Assembly: GCA_951406725.2 (NCBI GenBank)
Contig: OX597827.1
Coordinates: 16,926,001 to 16,990,000 of the forward strand
DNA from: Octopus vulgaris
Lineage: Eukaryota
DNA length: 64,000 nt
Reading direction: 5' to 3'
The translations under genes were made by a program, and so were the position numbers. Below are positions 40,695 through 55,290 of the stretch, one piece after another. How positions within the stretch are numbered: the stretch's first letter is position 1; every line of letters starts with the position of its first letter. A model generated the notes under the pieces. That model searched no databases. It was not told the origin of the DNA and saw nothing but the letters and a program-made list of their open reading frames with translations.

Positions 40695-41009
40695 CCTTTG
40701 TCTGTGTCTGTGTGTGAGTGTGTATGTGTGGTTGTGTTTATGTACGTGAGCTTATACATATATGTGCTTGTGCGTATATATCTGTATGCGAGTCTATATA
40801 TATATATATATATATGCACATACACAGTAGTATATGCATATACATACATACATATGTGAGCGTGTGAATATGTATATACCTATATATATATATGTGTGTG
40901 TATGTGTCTGTATGTATGTATATATATATATGTATATAAATATGTGTATATGTATATGTGTGAGTATATATGTTTGTATACACACACACCCTACATACAA
41001 ACACACTCA

Positions 41010-41043
<34 letters not shown>

Positions 41044-41106
41044 ATTTCATATATACATATACACCCGTATACACAGTTGCACACAGAACTATCTCAATGT
41101 ATAGAA

Positions 41107-41176
<70 letters not shown>

Positions 41177-41352
41177 GTGTGTGTGTGAGTATTTATATAG
41201 AGGTATGTTGATGAAAATGGGAAAAATAGAAGTCGAAATATGATTATATGTATATTTTATTAATATTTGGAAGTAAGTTAACAAAAGTACCAACGCACAA
41301 AACTCTCGGACCTTGAGCCATTCTCTGTTACTTTTGCTAAATATTAATATAT

Positions 41353-41472
<120 letters not shown>

Positions 41473-41709
41473 CTTATATAAAATTTCATATATACAGCTA
41501 CACCAATATAGAAAGGTGCACATCTTTCTCTCTCTCCTTATGTATGTATGTATGTATGTATGTGTGTATGTATGTATGTATGTGTGGATGTATGAATGTA
41601 TGTATGTATGCATGCATGTATGTATGTATGCATATATGTCTGTATGTATGTATCTATCTATCCATCTAAATATCTATGTATATGCGTTATATGTACCTAC
41701 ATATGCATG

Positions 41710-41762
<53 letters not shown>

Positions 41763-42512
41763 GTATATGTATGTATATATATATGTGTGCGTGTATATCT
41801 ATATATACGTATATATGTATGCATATGTGTGTACGTCAGTGTGTGTGTGTATGTATGTGTCTATGTTTTCAAAAAAAAAAACACAGATCAAACACGGGGA
41901 CACACACACAGCTTTATATTATATAATAAGTAAATATTCTTACTTTATAATACACACCCATCAATGAATGCGTAGACACTCCTAGATACGTATGCACACA
42001 TATTCCTATTGAGTCACCCTCTCTCACAAACATACACACTGACACATGTGTATAAATGTGTGCGTGAATGTCCCCAAGAAAATGGCATTTGTGTGCACAG
42101 GCAAAAACAAACGAATATAAACGCATACGCACAAACCGAAGCACACCGGACGTATCAAGAAGTTCGTACACACAGCTTAATACGTTGTATACTCAGAAAG
42201 ATATTATTGTATTTGTCTGGCCCAACTTGCTATTGTGTTCTTTAGGCTGAAGCTTTTTGTTCCAGTGACCAAACTGATGCACATACATGTACACACACAC
42301 ACAAACACATCACTTCTATGTATATATGCACATATATTTATATACCTATATGTATCCATACACATAAATGCATACGTATATATGTACATATATGTATATA
42401 TGTGTGTGTATAGGTTATATGTATATATGTGCGTATATATATGTAGATATATATATATGTATATATATGCATATATATATATGTATGTGTATATGTCTGT
42501 GTGTATAGGTTA

Positions 42513-43224
42513 TCTCTCTATATATAAAACTGGGAATGTGTATCTGTCTGTCTGTCTGTGTGTTTCCCTAAAACTTGAGAACTGCACAACCAATTTCATT
42601 CAAATTTTACACATGCCTTACTTAGGGTCCGGGGAGTGTCATCGACAAAAAAGTTTTAATTTTTTGCCTAGGGCGAGCCCACAGCAATATCCTATCTTCT
42701 CCACTACGGTTCCCCAAAAATTGAGAACTACACAACCAATTTCATTCAAATTTTACACATGCCTTACTTAGGGTCCATGTAGTTTTATGGGCAAAAAAAA
42801 GTTCAACTTCTTGCCTACAGAAGGTAAATTCCCCACAATAGAAGCAAGGTTCGAGTAAACGGAGCGTGCAAGGGAGTACTCGACTCGAACTTGCAAAGTT
42901 GAAATATACTATTTTTACCTTTATATCTGGGACGTAGGACGTCCCGGATAAAAAGCAGTAGAGGTAGGCTGGATTGTAGCCACACTTCTATACAAGAGGG
43001 AGGACAAGATACAATTGATAGAAATTGCAAGAGACGGGCTTACAATTCCAGTCTGTTATATATTTTGAGTATTGTTATCACTAGCGATATCAAGATATAA
43101 CTTTGTATTTTGTATTTTATGTGTAGATGTATATATATAGATGTACATGTAATATGTACACATATATATATACACATATATACATGCACTTGCACTATGA
43201 CCCGGCAACAACGGGTCATAATAG
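42513..43224 (+). mobile_element. Helitron-like non-autonomous element
   Basis: TC..TATATATAAAA start followed by (CTGT)n, an internal tandem repeat, and 3' hairpin ATGACCCG-gcaacaa-CGGGTCAT; terminal CTAG is degenerate. Confidence 0.6.
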
Positions 43225-43245
43225 GTTATATATGTGTGTGTGTGT

Positions 43246-43551
43246 GGAGGCACATGGCCTAGTGGTTAGAGCAGCGGACTCGCGGTCGAATGCTCGTGGG
43301 TTCGAATCTCAGACCAGTTGATTTGTGTGTTTATGAGCGAAGCACCTAAGCTCCATGCGGCTCCGGCAGAAGGTAATGGCGAACTTCTGCTGAGTCTTTC
43401 GCCACAACTTTCTCTCACTCTTACCTCCTGCATCTTGCAGCTCAGCTGCGACGGACCGACATCCCGTTCCAGGTGGGGAACCTATACGCCAAGAAACCGG
43501 GAAACCGGCCCTTATGAGCCAGGCATGGCTTGAGAAGAAACAAACAAACAA
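43246..43551 (+). mobile_element. SINE family C, full length
   Basis: Head GGAGGCACATGGCCTAGTGGTTAG; (AAAC)n tail. Confidence 0.92.
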
Positions 43552-43669
43552 TATATATATGTATGTGTGTGTATAAGGATGAAATGCCACTTATATTTAA
43601 ACACTATACAAATATTCTTTTAAAAAAAATTTTCTTTTAATTTTTCTAAATTTAATTATTTAATTGTTA

Positions 43670-43705
43670 CAGTTGAAAAGGTCTCAATGACTGAAACCGG
43701 TACTG
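43670..43705 (+). ncRNA. Minimal hammerhead, U3-A8 variant
   Basis: cag-TTGAAAA-GGTC tcaat GACT-GAAAC-CG-GTA-ctg; element ends in (TA)n at about 43760. Confidence 0.72.
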
Positions 43706-43753
43706 AAATGTTCTTTATAAAACTATTTTAGCATTTTCTATCCTGACTTGTTT

Positions 43754-43826
<73 letters not shown>

Positions 43827-44219
43827 TATATATATATATACACACATATATATACCAATTAAGGACTGAACACGAAAAGTGGACAGTCAACATGCTAGAT
43901 ATAGACGTCAAATCGCCTTTCACCACAAAAAGATTATGTTCTCAGATCAAACTCAACACAAAACCATAGCAATAAACAAGTGAAAAATATACGAAATAAA
44001 ATAATTACCCATGTACTAACTTAGTTTCAGCTGTTATATATACACACATATATATATATACATGTTCACACATATAGACAGGCAGAAAATCATATTTATA
44101 TGCAGACACAAGCACACGTTTAAACACCCGTCTTACTTTTATGACATCAGTTCACTCGCATAAAACAGTATTTATCAATTTGGCTCCATTTATATTCACT
44201 TCATAAAACTATTAATGCT

Positions 44220-44328
44220 ATACTACTCTACTACAACTACAACTACTACTACTACTACTACTACTACTGCTACTACTACTACTGCTACTGCTATTACTAC
44301 TACTACTGCTGCTGCGGCGGCTGCTGTA

Positions 44329-44412
<84 letters not shown>

Positions 44413-44452
44413 GCTGCTACTACTACTACTACTTCTACAGTTGCTGCTGCTG

Positions 44453-44508
<56 letters not shown>

Positions 44509-44530
44509 GCTACTGCTGCTGCTGCTGCTG

Positions 44531-44577
<47 letters not shown>

Positions 44578-44620
44578 GCTACTACTACTTCTGCTACAGT
44601 TGCTGCTGCTACTGCTGCTG
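44220..44620. repeat. (TAC)n/(TGC)n microsatellite
   Basis: Direct inspection. Confidence 0.97.
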
Positions 44621-44785
44621 ATAACTCAATCTTGTCTTTAACCGTTTCTAATTTTCTTTTGAATATATATATATATATGTGTGCGTGTGCGTGTGTGAGT
44701 ATACACACACATATATATGTATATAAGTTTATAACATGTACTTATAGTATGTGCGTGTATATATATGTTTATATATATATATATA

Positions 44786-44816
<31 letters not shown>

Positions 44817-45210
44817 GTATATGCATTGGTATGAATATACATTAGCATTTACACACACACCAACACACACATACACATAAGATTATATATATTCATATAT
44901 GAATATCATTATTTATCGACGTACGAATTCTTTATAGCTACAATACCAAAGATCTTCACAATGCCTATCCCACCTCATACCTCCTCCTCACGCTCGCACA
45001 CAGACTTCAAGTATGCGTGTCTAGCCTACCTGTATTCTTACTAATATGTGTATGTGCGTCTGAGTTCCCAGGTTGACATAACCTGATATCTAAGATAAAG
45101 AAATTCACGTCGACATTTTCTTAATCACTTTTTGCACATTTTATATATCCTTTCAGTTTATCGTAAATTTTCTTCTGTTTTATTTATTCTTTTATGGATT
45201 AAAAAAAAAT

Positions 45211-45623
45211 GGATCTTTTCGGTTTGAACGGCAGTTTTTTCTAGCGGTGTCATATGAAATTGCCACTCATAATTATGACCCTAGTATCGATCTATTGCAT
45301 TTCAATCTCTTTTAGGATTAGGGGTGGGGGTAAGAGTATCTTTTTTTTCTTCACAAATGTAAATAAACCCAATTTGTTTCTTAAACGAGGGACATATTCA
45401 TACGACACAGAATGTTTTTTTTACCTCAATGGACGTCATTGATTGGTTGAAATTGTAGAATTGAAGAAAAACAACAACAAATATCTTACAAACTATAGAA
45501 TTTTCTCAATAAAGCCAAGAGAAAAAGATGTTTTATAAAGACATTCTACCAGTATACGAAGTTTAAAATTTTTTAGTTACCTAGAAATTATGTTAAAAAC
45601 TGCCGTTCAAACCGAAAAGATCC
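45211..45623 (+). mobile_element. TTAGGG-containing MITE (2 repeats)
   Basis: Same TIRs and body as the 30588 copy. Confidence 0.9.
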
Positions 45624-46065
45624 CCCAATTTTTTTTTTTCAAACTTGATTTTTCAGGTTCTTTATTTCTAATTGAAAAGCAACTTATATTTGTCCATGAA
45701 TTTGTCGCAACCCTTACAATCTTCTTATCACCGAATACAAAAACAGGCTGTCTGAAAATCTATGAATACCACCGTGCGATTAGGTTAAGTATATGAATAC
45801 TTAAAGATTAATAGTTTCTGCTACAAAGACATCGAGCGTGCTTCGGCAACCTTATGAGTCGTACGCAATGTTTTGAACGGCATGGGTGCACGACAGAGCC
45901 GCAGATCAGTCAAAACCATGCTCATTTTTACCAAATAGGTGGCCGGTCAAAATTTACTCTAAATTTAAAAGAAAAAAGAGAAGCATACATATACGGCCAT
46001 ATACATACACACTCACACGCACGCACAAACCGCCCCATAACCAGGCAAGCAAATAAAAACAAACA

Positions 46066-46155
<90 letters not shown>

Positions 46156-46221
46156 CACACACTTACACACAATCCTTTTTAAGGCTCAGATTTTATCCTG
46201 TCACTATTAAAATAGAATATA

Positions 46222-46453
46222 AGGCGGCGAGCTGGCAGAAACGTTAGCACGCCGGGCGAAATGCGTAGCCGTATTTCGTCTGCCGTTACGTTCTGGGTTC
46301 AAATTCCGCCGAGGTCGACTTTGCCTTTCATCCTTTCGGGGTCGATAAATTAAGTACCAGTTACGCACAGGGGTCGATATAATCGACTTAATCCGTTCGT
46401 CTGTCCTTGTTTGTCCCATCTGTGTTTAGCCCCATGTGGGTAGTAAAGAAATA
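46222..46453 (+). mobile_element. SINE family A monomer
   Basis: TSD TATTAAAATAGAATATA at 46205-46221 and 46454-46470. Confidence 0.94.
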
Positions 46454-46698
46454 TATTAAAATAGAATATATTTTTTTCTTTTTCAGGAAATGACGAGAAA
46501 CAATTACGGATATGTCTGGGGCTTTTGGTTTCATCAACCGTCAACGTTTTAGACTAAACATTTGAACGCATCATTAGGCAAACATACAATATTTTACATT
46601 TATTGGCTAAGTAAATATCATTCTAGAGGTTAAATTCAGAGGAGCATTTGAAAAAAAATTAGATAACACTGGACCTTAAAACATTTAACTAGAAATAT

Positions 46699-47115
46699 AC
46701 TCTTTTACTCTTTTATTTCTTTCAGTCATTTGACTGCAGCTATGCTGGAGCACCGCATTTAGTCGAGCAAATTGACCCCATGACTTATTCTTTGTAAGCT
46801 TAGTATTTATTCTGTTGGTCTTTTTGCCGAACCGCTAAGTTACAGGGAAGTAAACGCAACAGTATCGGTTGTTAAGCGATGTTGAGGTAACAAAAACAGA
46901 CATGCACACACATACAGACACAAACACATACAAACACGCACACACACACATACATACACACACACATATGCATACGACGGGCTTCTTTCAGTTTCCGTCT
47001 ACCAAATCCACTCACGAGGCCATAGTAGAAGATAGTTGACCAAGGTGCCACGCAGTGGGACTGAGACCGGAACCATGCGGCTGGTAAGCAAGCTACTTAC
47101 CACACAAACACTCCA
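46699..47115 (-). mobile_element. SINE family B
   Basis: Tail, body and head match family B. Confidence 0.88.
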
Positions 47116-47566
47116 GCATAGTAAGATAAAATACCACAGACCCACGTCTGTGCAGTAAGATAAAATATTGAAAAAAAAGACTAATATTTACCTGAGAATT
47201 ATCTTTCAGGACTTATACAGAAATTGCCTGAAACATTTTGAAATTGTTTGATTAGCCAGACACTGGAGAACGGATGGAAAGATGCAGGATTGCAGATACA
47301 GCTTGACACCCAGCTTCTTTAGTTAAATGATGTTTGACATCAGGCGTCTTCAGGTTTTTTCTTCTTAATGTTTGTCTTGTTACCTCACGCCTCTCTCCCG
47401 CGGTTTTAAAATGTTTTCCCTGTTTGTGTGTGAGTGTCTAGTTATCTTTGTATGCATATGTAATCGTTGGCTCATTCTCTCATCTTTATGTGTATATTTC
47501 TGCGCATGAGTGCGAATATAATATATACATACATTCATCCATCCATCCATCCATCCATCCATCCAT

Positions 47567-47611
<45 letters not shown>

Positions 47612-47640
47612 GATGCATACTTACATATAAATTTCTAATA

Positions 47641-47679
<39 letters not shown>

Positions 47680-47707
47680 GATACATACTAATTATAAATT
47701 TCTAATA

Positions 47708-47755
<48 letters not shown>

Positions 47756-47757
<2 letters not shown>

Positions 47758-47877
47758 GCCTGCTCGCTTAGCCAGCGGGGTGGCGTCATTTGAAGGCTAA
47801 AACAATGCGAAGCGCATTGTGACCAGCGATGTGTAGCAACATCTGATAGCCTGGTCGGTCACTGTGATCACGGTGAT
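47756..47877. other. GC-rich, hairpin-rich 120-nt insert within (TA)n
   Basis: Hairpins CAATGCG-aag-CGCATTG and GACCAG...CTGGTC; terminal palindrome TCACTGTGATCACGGTGA. Confidence 0.55.
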
Positions 47878-48417
47878 ATATATATATATATACTTATTAA
47901 ATGTACATTATTTTGGGTAAATTCTATTCTGATACTATAAATAGTAGCATAATCATTGAAAATGTTTTGTTCCGCAGATTTTAAAATATCTTAAACCATT
48001 GGGAATGTCCTTGATTGTAAAGTTCAATCGTTTTCATTATAACGATATAATGTACTTATTAATCAATAACAAATTCGTTGGGAACGGCTATAATGAATTG
48101 ACACCTGTCTTCCAATTGTTACTTATTTGTATTTTATTGACCTATCTCGGAACATGCCCTTCACAAAGTGTAAAGTATATTATGGACTGTATATTTAATA
48201 AAATGTTCATACTTGACTAGCTCAAGAGCAGATTATATAGTCAAATGGGTCAAATTGTTTGCATGCACCACAGGAAGATCATTCTGCCGGTACTTATGTA
48301 CCAATGTTGATATTTACATAATTTTGTTGTGTGTGTATATTATTCCAACCTAACGAGGTGCCTCAACTGGCGTACCTAATTTAACTGAATCATACTTATA
48401 TATATATATATATATAT

Positions 48418-49221
48418 GATAAATTTGTTCGAAATTTTTACCGGCATCCTCTCTGTCGCCGGGTATAATCTGCGTCTGCGCAGTGGTTTGAAAAGTTAGG
48501 ATTTACAAACCGTTAGTTCTACGTGTGGATCTGGCGGTTACAAAGGCAGACGACAAGATGTCTAGCGAGGCTAAACAAGAGGAAAAGTCAAAAATAAATT
48601 TTGCGAGTGCAGCAACTCGCGCCTGTGAAAATATAGTTATTAACAAAGAAGAATTAGAGAAATACCTAGGTTTACTAAGAAAAGAAGGTGATAATGTTAA
48701 GTTGCTCCCTCCCAGTGAATTAATTTACGCACCGGAGAGAATTACGGTAATAGATAAAACATATAATGTCAAAAATAAAAAAAATCGACTTTGTACCGAG
48801 GGAAGCCATAAAAAAATGCTTGAGGCCGATATGGCAACAAACAAGCTACGTAACGTCAAAATAGTGATGGCTCTCTCTCTCCCTCCCCTCTCTCACTTTG
48901 TCTTTCCTGTGAAACTCTCTGCCTCCTTCTTCCACTTTTCTTTATCTTATTTTTTTTTTGTTAGACGCCATCAAAAAGGAATTGCTGATATTTGTTATGG
49001 TAAAAAGCTATGGTTGAAAATGGTTGAAAGTAGATTTTTACCCTATCCGCGGGTGCCTCGGGGAAAAAAATAAGTTGACAAAACCCAGATAGGATGTTGA
49101 CAAATGTCCTCCTAAAATTTGAGCGACACGTGTGCTAATTTGTGGACGTGCATAAATTACAATCACGTACACGCACGCACACACACACAAACACACGCAC
49201 CCGCATCCTCCCTTTTATAGA
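48418..49221 (-). mobile_element. Possible Helitron-like element between TA repeats
   Basis: Minus-strand start TCTATAAAAGGG followed by a GT-rich tract; CCGGC...GCCGG hairpin at about 48441-48462; no clear CTAG. Confidence 0.4.
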
Positions 49222-49325
49222 TGTGATATATATATATATATATATGTATTCAAAAATCTTATAAAATGTGATTCTTACTTCCTAATAATTATGTCAAATT
49301 ACATGGTCAGTTAACTATAGTTATT

Positions 49326-49588
49326 ACGAAGCCTGTCGTTTATATGTATATATGTATATATGTGTGTGTGTGTGTTTGTGTGTCTGTATTTGTCCCCCTA
49401 GCATTGCTTGACAACCGATGCTGGTGTGTTTACGTCCCCATAACTTAGCGGTTCGGCAAAAGAGACCGATAGAATAAGTACTGGGCTTACAAAAGAATAA
49501 GTCCCGGGGTCGATTTGCTCGACTAAAAGCGGTGCTCCAGCATGGCCGCGGTAAAATGACTGAAACAAGTAAAAGAGTAAAGAGAGAG
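49326..49588 (+). mobile_element. SINE family B, 5'-truncated
   Basis: Body and tail match family B. Confidence 0.88.
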
Positions 49589-49968
49589 TTACGTAACGAT
49601 TGCTGAAACGACTGTAGGAAATAAGTAGTTAAAGTATCACTACAATATCGTTGTCCTCTGTTATTCATTGAAATATAGTTATACATATAGAGACACGTAT
49701 ACATATAGCCACACGTACATACACGCACATTTTCTTGTATAATTCTTCGTATGAGCAAGGCTCACTGATACAATATTGAGTAAGGATTTCACGTGGAATC
49801 GAAACGAAATTAACTCTGCAAATTAGTTACCTAATAACACACACGTATACATGTATGCATACATGTATGCTTGAATGTTTGGATAACACATATACAAGCA
49901 TATATGCATGCATACTTATATGTGTGTGTAATGATGCATGAATGTAAGATGAATATTGATTTAAGTAT

Positions 49969-50387
49969 ACTCTTTACTCTTTTACTCTTTTACTTGTTTC
50001 AGTCATTTGACTGCGGCCATGCTGGAGCACCGCCTTTTTTTAGTCGAGCAAATCGACCCCAGAACTTATTCTTTGTAAGCCCAGTACTTATTCTATCGGT
50101 CTCTTTTGCCGAACCGCTAAGTGACGGGGACGTAAACACACCAGCATCGGTTGTCAAGCAATGCTAGGGGGACACAGACACACAAACATATCCACACACA
50201 TACATATATATATATATATACATATATACGACAGGCTTCTTTCAGTTTCCGTCTACCAAATCCACTCACAAGGCATTGATCGGCCCGGGGCTATAGCAGA
50301 AGACATTTGCTCAAGATGCCACGCAGTGGGACTGAACCCGGAACCATGAGGTTGGTAAGCAAGCTACTTACCACACAGCCACTCCTG
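49969..50387 (-). mobile_element. SINE family B
   Basis: Near full-length match to family B. Confidence 0.92.
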
Positions 50388-50492
50388 TATGAAGATATAT
50401 CACATTACACTGCATAAACGAGCAAACTGGTGAGGGAAAAGTATTCTCGAATAATACGAACCCATTAAATAACTGGTACTTTATATATCCTA

Positions 50493-50726
50493 TAAGGCGG
50501 CGATTTGGCAGAAACGTTAGCATGCCGGGCGAACTGCTTTGTGGTATTTCGTCCGCCGCTGCGTTCTGAGTTCAAATTCCGCCGAGGTCGACTTTGCCTT
50601 TCATCCTTTCGCGGTCGATAAATTAAGTACCAGTTACGCACTGGGTTCGATGTAATCGACTTAATCCGTTTGACTGTCCCTATTTGTCCTCTCTGTGTTT
50701 AGCCCCTTGTGGGCAGTAAAGAAATA
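50493..50726 (+). mobile_element. SINE family A monomer
   Basis: TSD GGTACTTTATATATCCTA at 50475-50492 and 50727-50744. Confidence 0.94.
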
Positions 50727-51388
50727 GGTACTTTATATATCCTAAGCTCATGGAAAGAAATGGTGTCCGAATGGTGTTGAAATCAAAAGGATATAGTTAT
50801 AAAAGTTAATCCTCTATGGAATTTAGTCCAACTTGTAATAACCTGGGAAAGTAATCATAGATTTTGTCAGAGACAGAGTCGCGTTGCTGGAGGCGTAGCT
50901 TTGGTATATCTCATTGATGGCAACGAAACCTGAATCAATTATCTTTCAAATCTTTCCCTACTGTAATCAGAGATTTGTTGGTTCAGATCTCTCATAATTT
51001 CTCTCTTTATTTCATATAATACCAGAATGAAAGACATTACAAGTGTGAGGTGTCAAATATCACGACGTAAAACATTAAAACAAAAATAGTCAAATATTTA
51101 CGTAAATGTAATGAACGTAGACAAGTGATTGATCAAGTGTCAACTTCCCGTTCAATGATATCCATCGACGTGTGATCAAAACAAATTTTGAAGCCAGAAG
51201 CGTTTGGTAGATAATACAGGTTGTTATAATGTGTCAACGCCCTCACATTGCAATTTTTTTCTCTCTCCTTTTGTTAAAGGAGTGAATAAATGAATTATAT
51301 CTGGGAATTGATTAAATGTCTAAACGTCTGAGATGAGTTATTAATAACAGTATAATTTTTCAAACAGTATCTACACACAGACACGCAC

Positions 51389-51455
<67 letters not shown>

Positions 51456-51669
51456 GCACGCACACACATACATCGTGACAACATTTTGATCAATTTGACC
51501 TCTAATATTCATCAGGTGTTCTATTCTTGGGTGAAACCGATCGAAACTTAGTTTAGAAGTAAATATTGTAAATATACACTCGAGAATGGAGGTTAACAAT
51601 TGGGAAAAGTGTAATCTTTTCCTATAGACTCGCGTATTTTGAATGCAAATCTCAACACACACACACATA

Positions 51670-51728
<59 letters not shown>

Positions 51729-51915
51729 TAGATAAATGGTACAACAAGGCACCAATATTTACTGGAAAATACCAATCGTAATAAGTACCTTGTACCATTT
51801 ATCTACTTATATATGTATAATTTTACCCTTATGAGGCTATCTTTTACTGGAAAGTAATACATTTGTATTGCATTATATATATATATATATATGTATATAT
51901 ATGTATATTTATATG

Positions 51916-51976
<61 letters not shown>

Positions 51977-51992
51977 TTATATTAAATTAAAT

Positions 51993-52103
51993 TCTCTGAA
52001 GAGGCCGTGGGACATCCTTGTTAATGTCTCATTTATACCTGCCTTATATGGATTATAGGTTAAATGAGGCATACTTGTCCTCACGGCCGAAACAGCTGTC
52101 AGA
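51993..52103 (+). ncRNA. Hammerhead ribozyme with canonical core and extended, branched stem II
   Basis: tct-CTGAAGA-GGCCGTGGGAC...GTCCTCACGGCC-GAAAC-AGCT-GTC-aga; host element about 51975-52272 between (TA)n tracts. Confidence 0.82.
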
Positions 52104-52272
52104 TATGATGTAATTGTATTTTATATTTCTATTTCCTTGTCTAATTATATTTACAATATATTTTGTTTAATGTCTTTGCTGTTATGTAATGGTGTAATAA
52201 AGTATTGATTGGGTATTATCTGATGGTTGATGTTTGATTGATTTAAGTATGCTTCTCCATTTTCTAATTTTG

Positions 52273-52450
<178 letters not shown>

Positions 52451-52664
52451 AATATAGAGAGCGAAAGAGAGGAAAGGAGAGAAAGTAAACTTCTAGTAAT
52501 AGACGTGCACTTAAACGAACTTTACAGGATAAAACCAAAGTTGATCTTGATATGATTAGAACTCAGAATACAGAAAGCCAGAACAACAGTTACAATCACA
52601 ATGGTGCTTTCAGAATTTTGCCAAATTACTGCATTCTATGACGTCATAATCTTACATCAGAGTG

Positions 52665-52818
52665 CTTACTCTTTTACTCTTTTACTTGTTTCAGTCATTT
52701 GACTGTGGCCATGCTGGAGCACCGCCTTTAGTCGAGCAAATCGACCCTGGGACTTATTCTTTGTAAGCCTAGTACTTATTTTATCGGTCTCTTTTTGCCG
52801 AACTGCTAAGTGACGGGT
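52665..52818 (-). mobile_element. SINE family B 3' fragment
   Basis: Tail only. Confidence 0.85.
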
Positions 52819-52947
52819 AAGAAAACTGATGGTTGTTTTCTCATAGTCATTGCAGCATCCTGGAAAAGTGCTAGGTTGCAGAATCGAAAGAGCCTCTTTT
52901 GGGAAAAACACCATAGATTATTGCTTATTTGTGCAAGTCTTAATTAA

Positions 52948-53169
52948 CCCTTTCATTACTGTATTTATTTTGAGATGCTCTGTTTTTCATTCAATTAATT
53001 TTAAATATAAGAAAGAATTTAGTAAAATAACTTAGTTACCATTAAGCTAGTGTTAGTAACATAAATTGTGACTAAGGTTTGGTGGAAGATTTCAATTCAA
53101 AACTTATGAAAACAAGACATTTGTACTACAGAGCCAGAGGCGGTTTTGGCCAGGTTGTTATCAAAAGGG
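52948..53169. mobile_element. piggyBac-like MITE
   Basis: TTAA|CCCTTT ... AAAGGG|TTAA termini. Confidence 0.6.
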
Positions 53170-53300
53170 TTAAAGGAGGACGGAAAGCTCTCATGATTGT
53201 TTTCAGTGACTCAGAAACTGAAGAGAGGAATATTGGGCGGGAACTATAATACATGAATTTCTACCTTGTAAATCATAACAATATCCATGTTTCGAAAAAC

Positions 53301-53547
53301 TTCTTAAACGTGGGACATATTCATACGGCACAGAATGTTTTCTTTTTTACCTCAATAGACGTCACTGATTTGTTGAAATTGCAGAAATTGAAGAAAAAAC
53401 AACAAATATCTTACAAACTATAGAATTTTCTTAATAAAGCCAAGAGAAAAAGATGTTGTATAAACACATTCTACCAGTATACGAAGTTTAAAAGTGTTTA
53501 GTTACGTGGAAATTATGTTAAAAACTGCCGTTCAAACCGAAAAGATC
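53301..53547 (+). mobile_element. TTAGGG-MITE family, right half only
   Basis: Matches about 30771-31017, including the right TIR. Confidence 0.88.
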
Positions 53548-53866
53548 TCATTATGCTATAAAAAAAAAGAGTAACGGATAAAGTATACTATTTAATGAAA
53601 AATTCAATTTCCGTGCAGTTTCTTTCAACCTCATTTCACTCAAAAATGTTTGGTGGTCTGGTGCTTTGGAATCCGACAGTGCCGTTAAGAAATATTGGTA
53701 TTGGGTTTGCCTTCGAAATAATTGGTATTCAGTTTACCTTCGAAACTTCTATGAAAGAATAAAATCAGTACCGTTCAAGAACTGGAGTTAAGTTAATGGC
53801 GCAAGCATTCATCCAAAATTTGATTTACTGCGTCAAAGATAGAAATTCTTATTTTGACACATCCCT

Positions 53867-54225
53867 GGCACAAGGCCTGAAATTTGTGGGGATTACATCG
53901 ACCCCAGTGTTGAAATTTATCGATCCCGAAAGGATGAAAGGCAAAATTCACCTCGGTGGAATTCGAACTCAGAACGTAGCGGCGGACGAAATACTATTTC
54001 TTTACTACCCACAAGGGGCTAAACACAGAGAGGACAAACAAGGACAGACAAATGGATTAAGTCGATTATATCGACCCCAGTACGTAACTGATACTTATTT
54101 AATCGACCCCGAAAGGATGAAAGGCAAAGTCGACCTCGGCGGAATTCGAACTCAGAACGTAGCGACGGACGAAATACCGCAAAGCATTTCGTCCAACGTG
54201 CTAATGATTCAGCCATCTCGTCGCC
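53867..54225 (-). mobile_element. SINE family A, two bodies
   Basis: TSD TTGA(C/T)ACATCCCT at 53854-53866 and 54226-54238. Confidence 0.9.
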
Positions 54226-54894
54226 TTGATACATCCCTAGATAACGGATAATGTTGTTTGTGGTACTGATTATCGGCACCTCTGAACATTATGTGCATTT
54301 TTTTGTATTTTGTAGTGAAAAATAACAGTTGTGAGTGCCAAAATTGGTAAAACCACAAAGAACAATGGTCTGCAATGATATATAGTTTTTATATATCCAC
54401 AGAATCACAAACAGATACACACACACACATATACTCACACATTCGCGCATACTCACACACACACGCTTTCTCTTTCTTTCTCTCTCTCTCAGACACTCAC
54501 ACACAATCTAATAACGACTTGTAAGCCGAAACTTCGAATTCCTGTCAAAATTTATTTTAAGTAATTAATATCAACATTACTCGAAAGTTTTATGTGTTCT
54601 GTCAATTTACCGTTAGAATGTTTCTATATATATAGCATTACACAAAACAAAATTCATTATACATACATAAGTACGTATGTACAAGAACGAATGCATGTAT
54701 TGGGTAACAAGCAGATTTAATTTCACTTGTTACTTAAAGTTTCGTGTACGTATACACGATTATAACGTAATTATGTCCCTAAAGAGATTTATTATCTGTG
54801 CTATTGTAAAATCAGTTTCATAGCAAAGCACTGGTTTATCTTTAAATTCAGTGAAAATCCTGTTAAAGGCAAATATTTATGACTTTTGTGATCA

Positions 54895-55290
54895 GCGCAG
54901 GGGTGGCTGTGTGGTAAGTAGCTTGCTTACCAACCACATGGTTCCGGGTTCAGTCCCACTGCGTGACATTTTGGGCAAGTGTCTTCTACTATAGCCTCGG
55001 GCCGACCAAAGCCTTGTGGGTGGATTTGGTAGACGGAAACTGAAAGAAGCCAGTCGTGTATATGTATATATATATATATGTGTGTGTGTTTGTGTGTCTG
55101 TGTTTGTCCTCCCAACATCGCTTGACAACCGATGCTGGTGTGTTCATGTCCCCGTAATCTAGCGGTTCGGCAAAAGAGACCGATAGAATAAGTACTAGGC
55201 TTACAAAGAATAAGTCCTGGGGTCGATTTGCTCGACTAAAGGCGGTGCTCCAGCATGGCCGCAGTCAATTGACTGAAACAAGTAAAAGAA
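54895..55290 (+). mobile_element. SINE family B
   Basis: Full-length match to family B. Confidence 0.92.

Noticed and set aside
43246-43320. tRNA gene-like sequences (also at 21575, 23108, 55439)
   Set aside because: They are SINE heads continuing into a body and tail, some with TSDs; no complete cloverleaf
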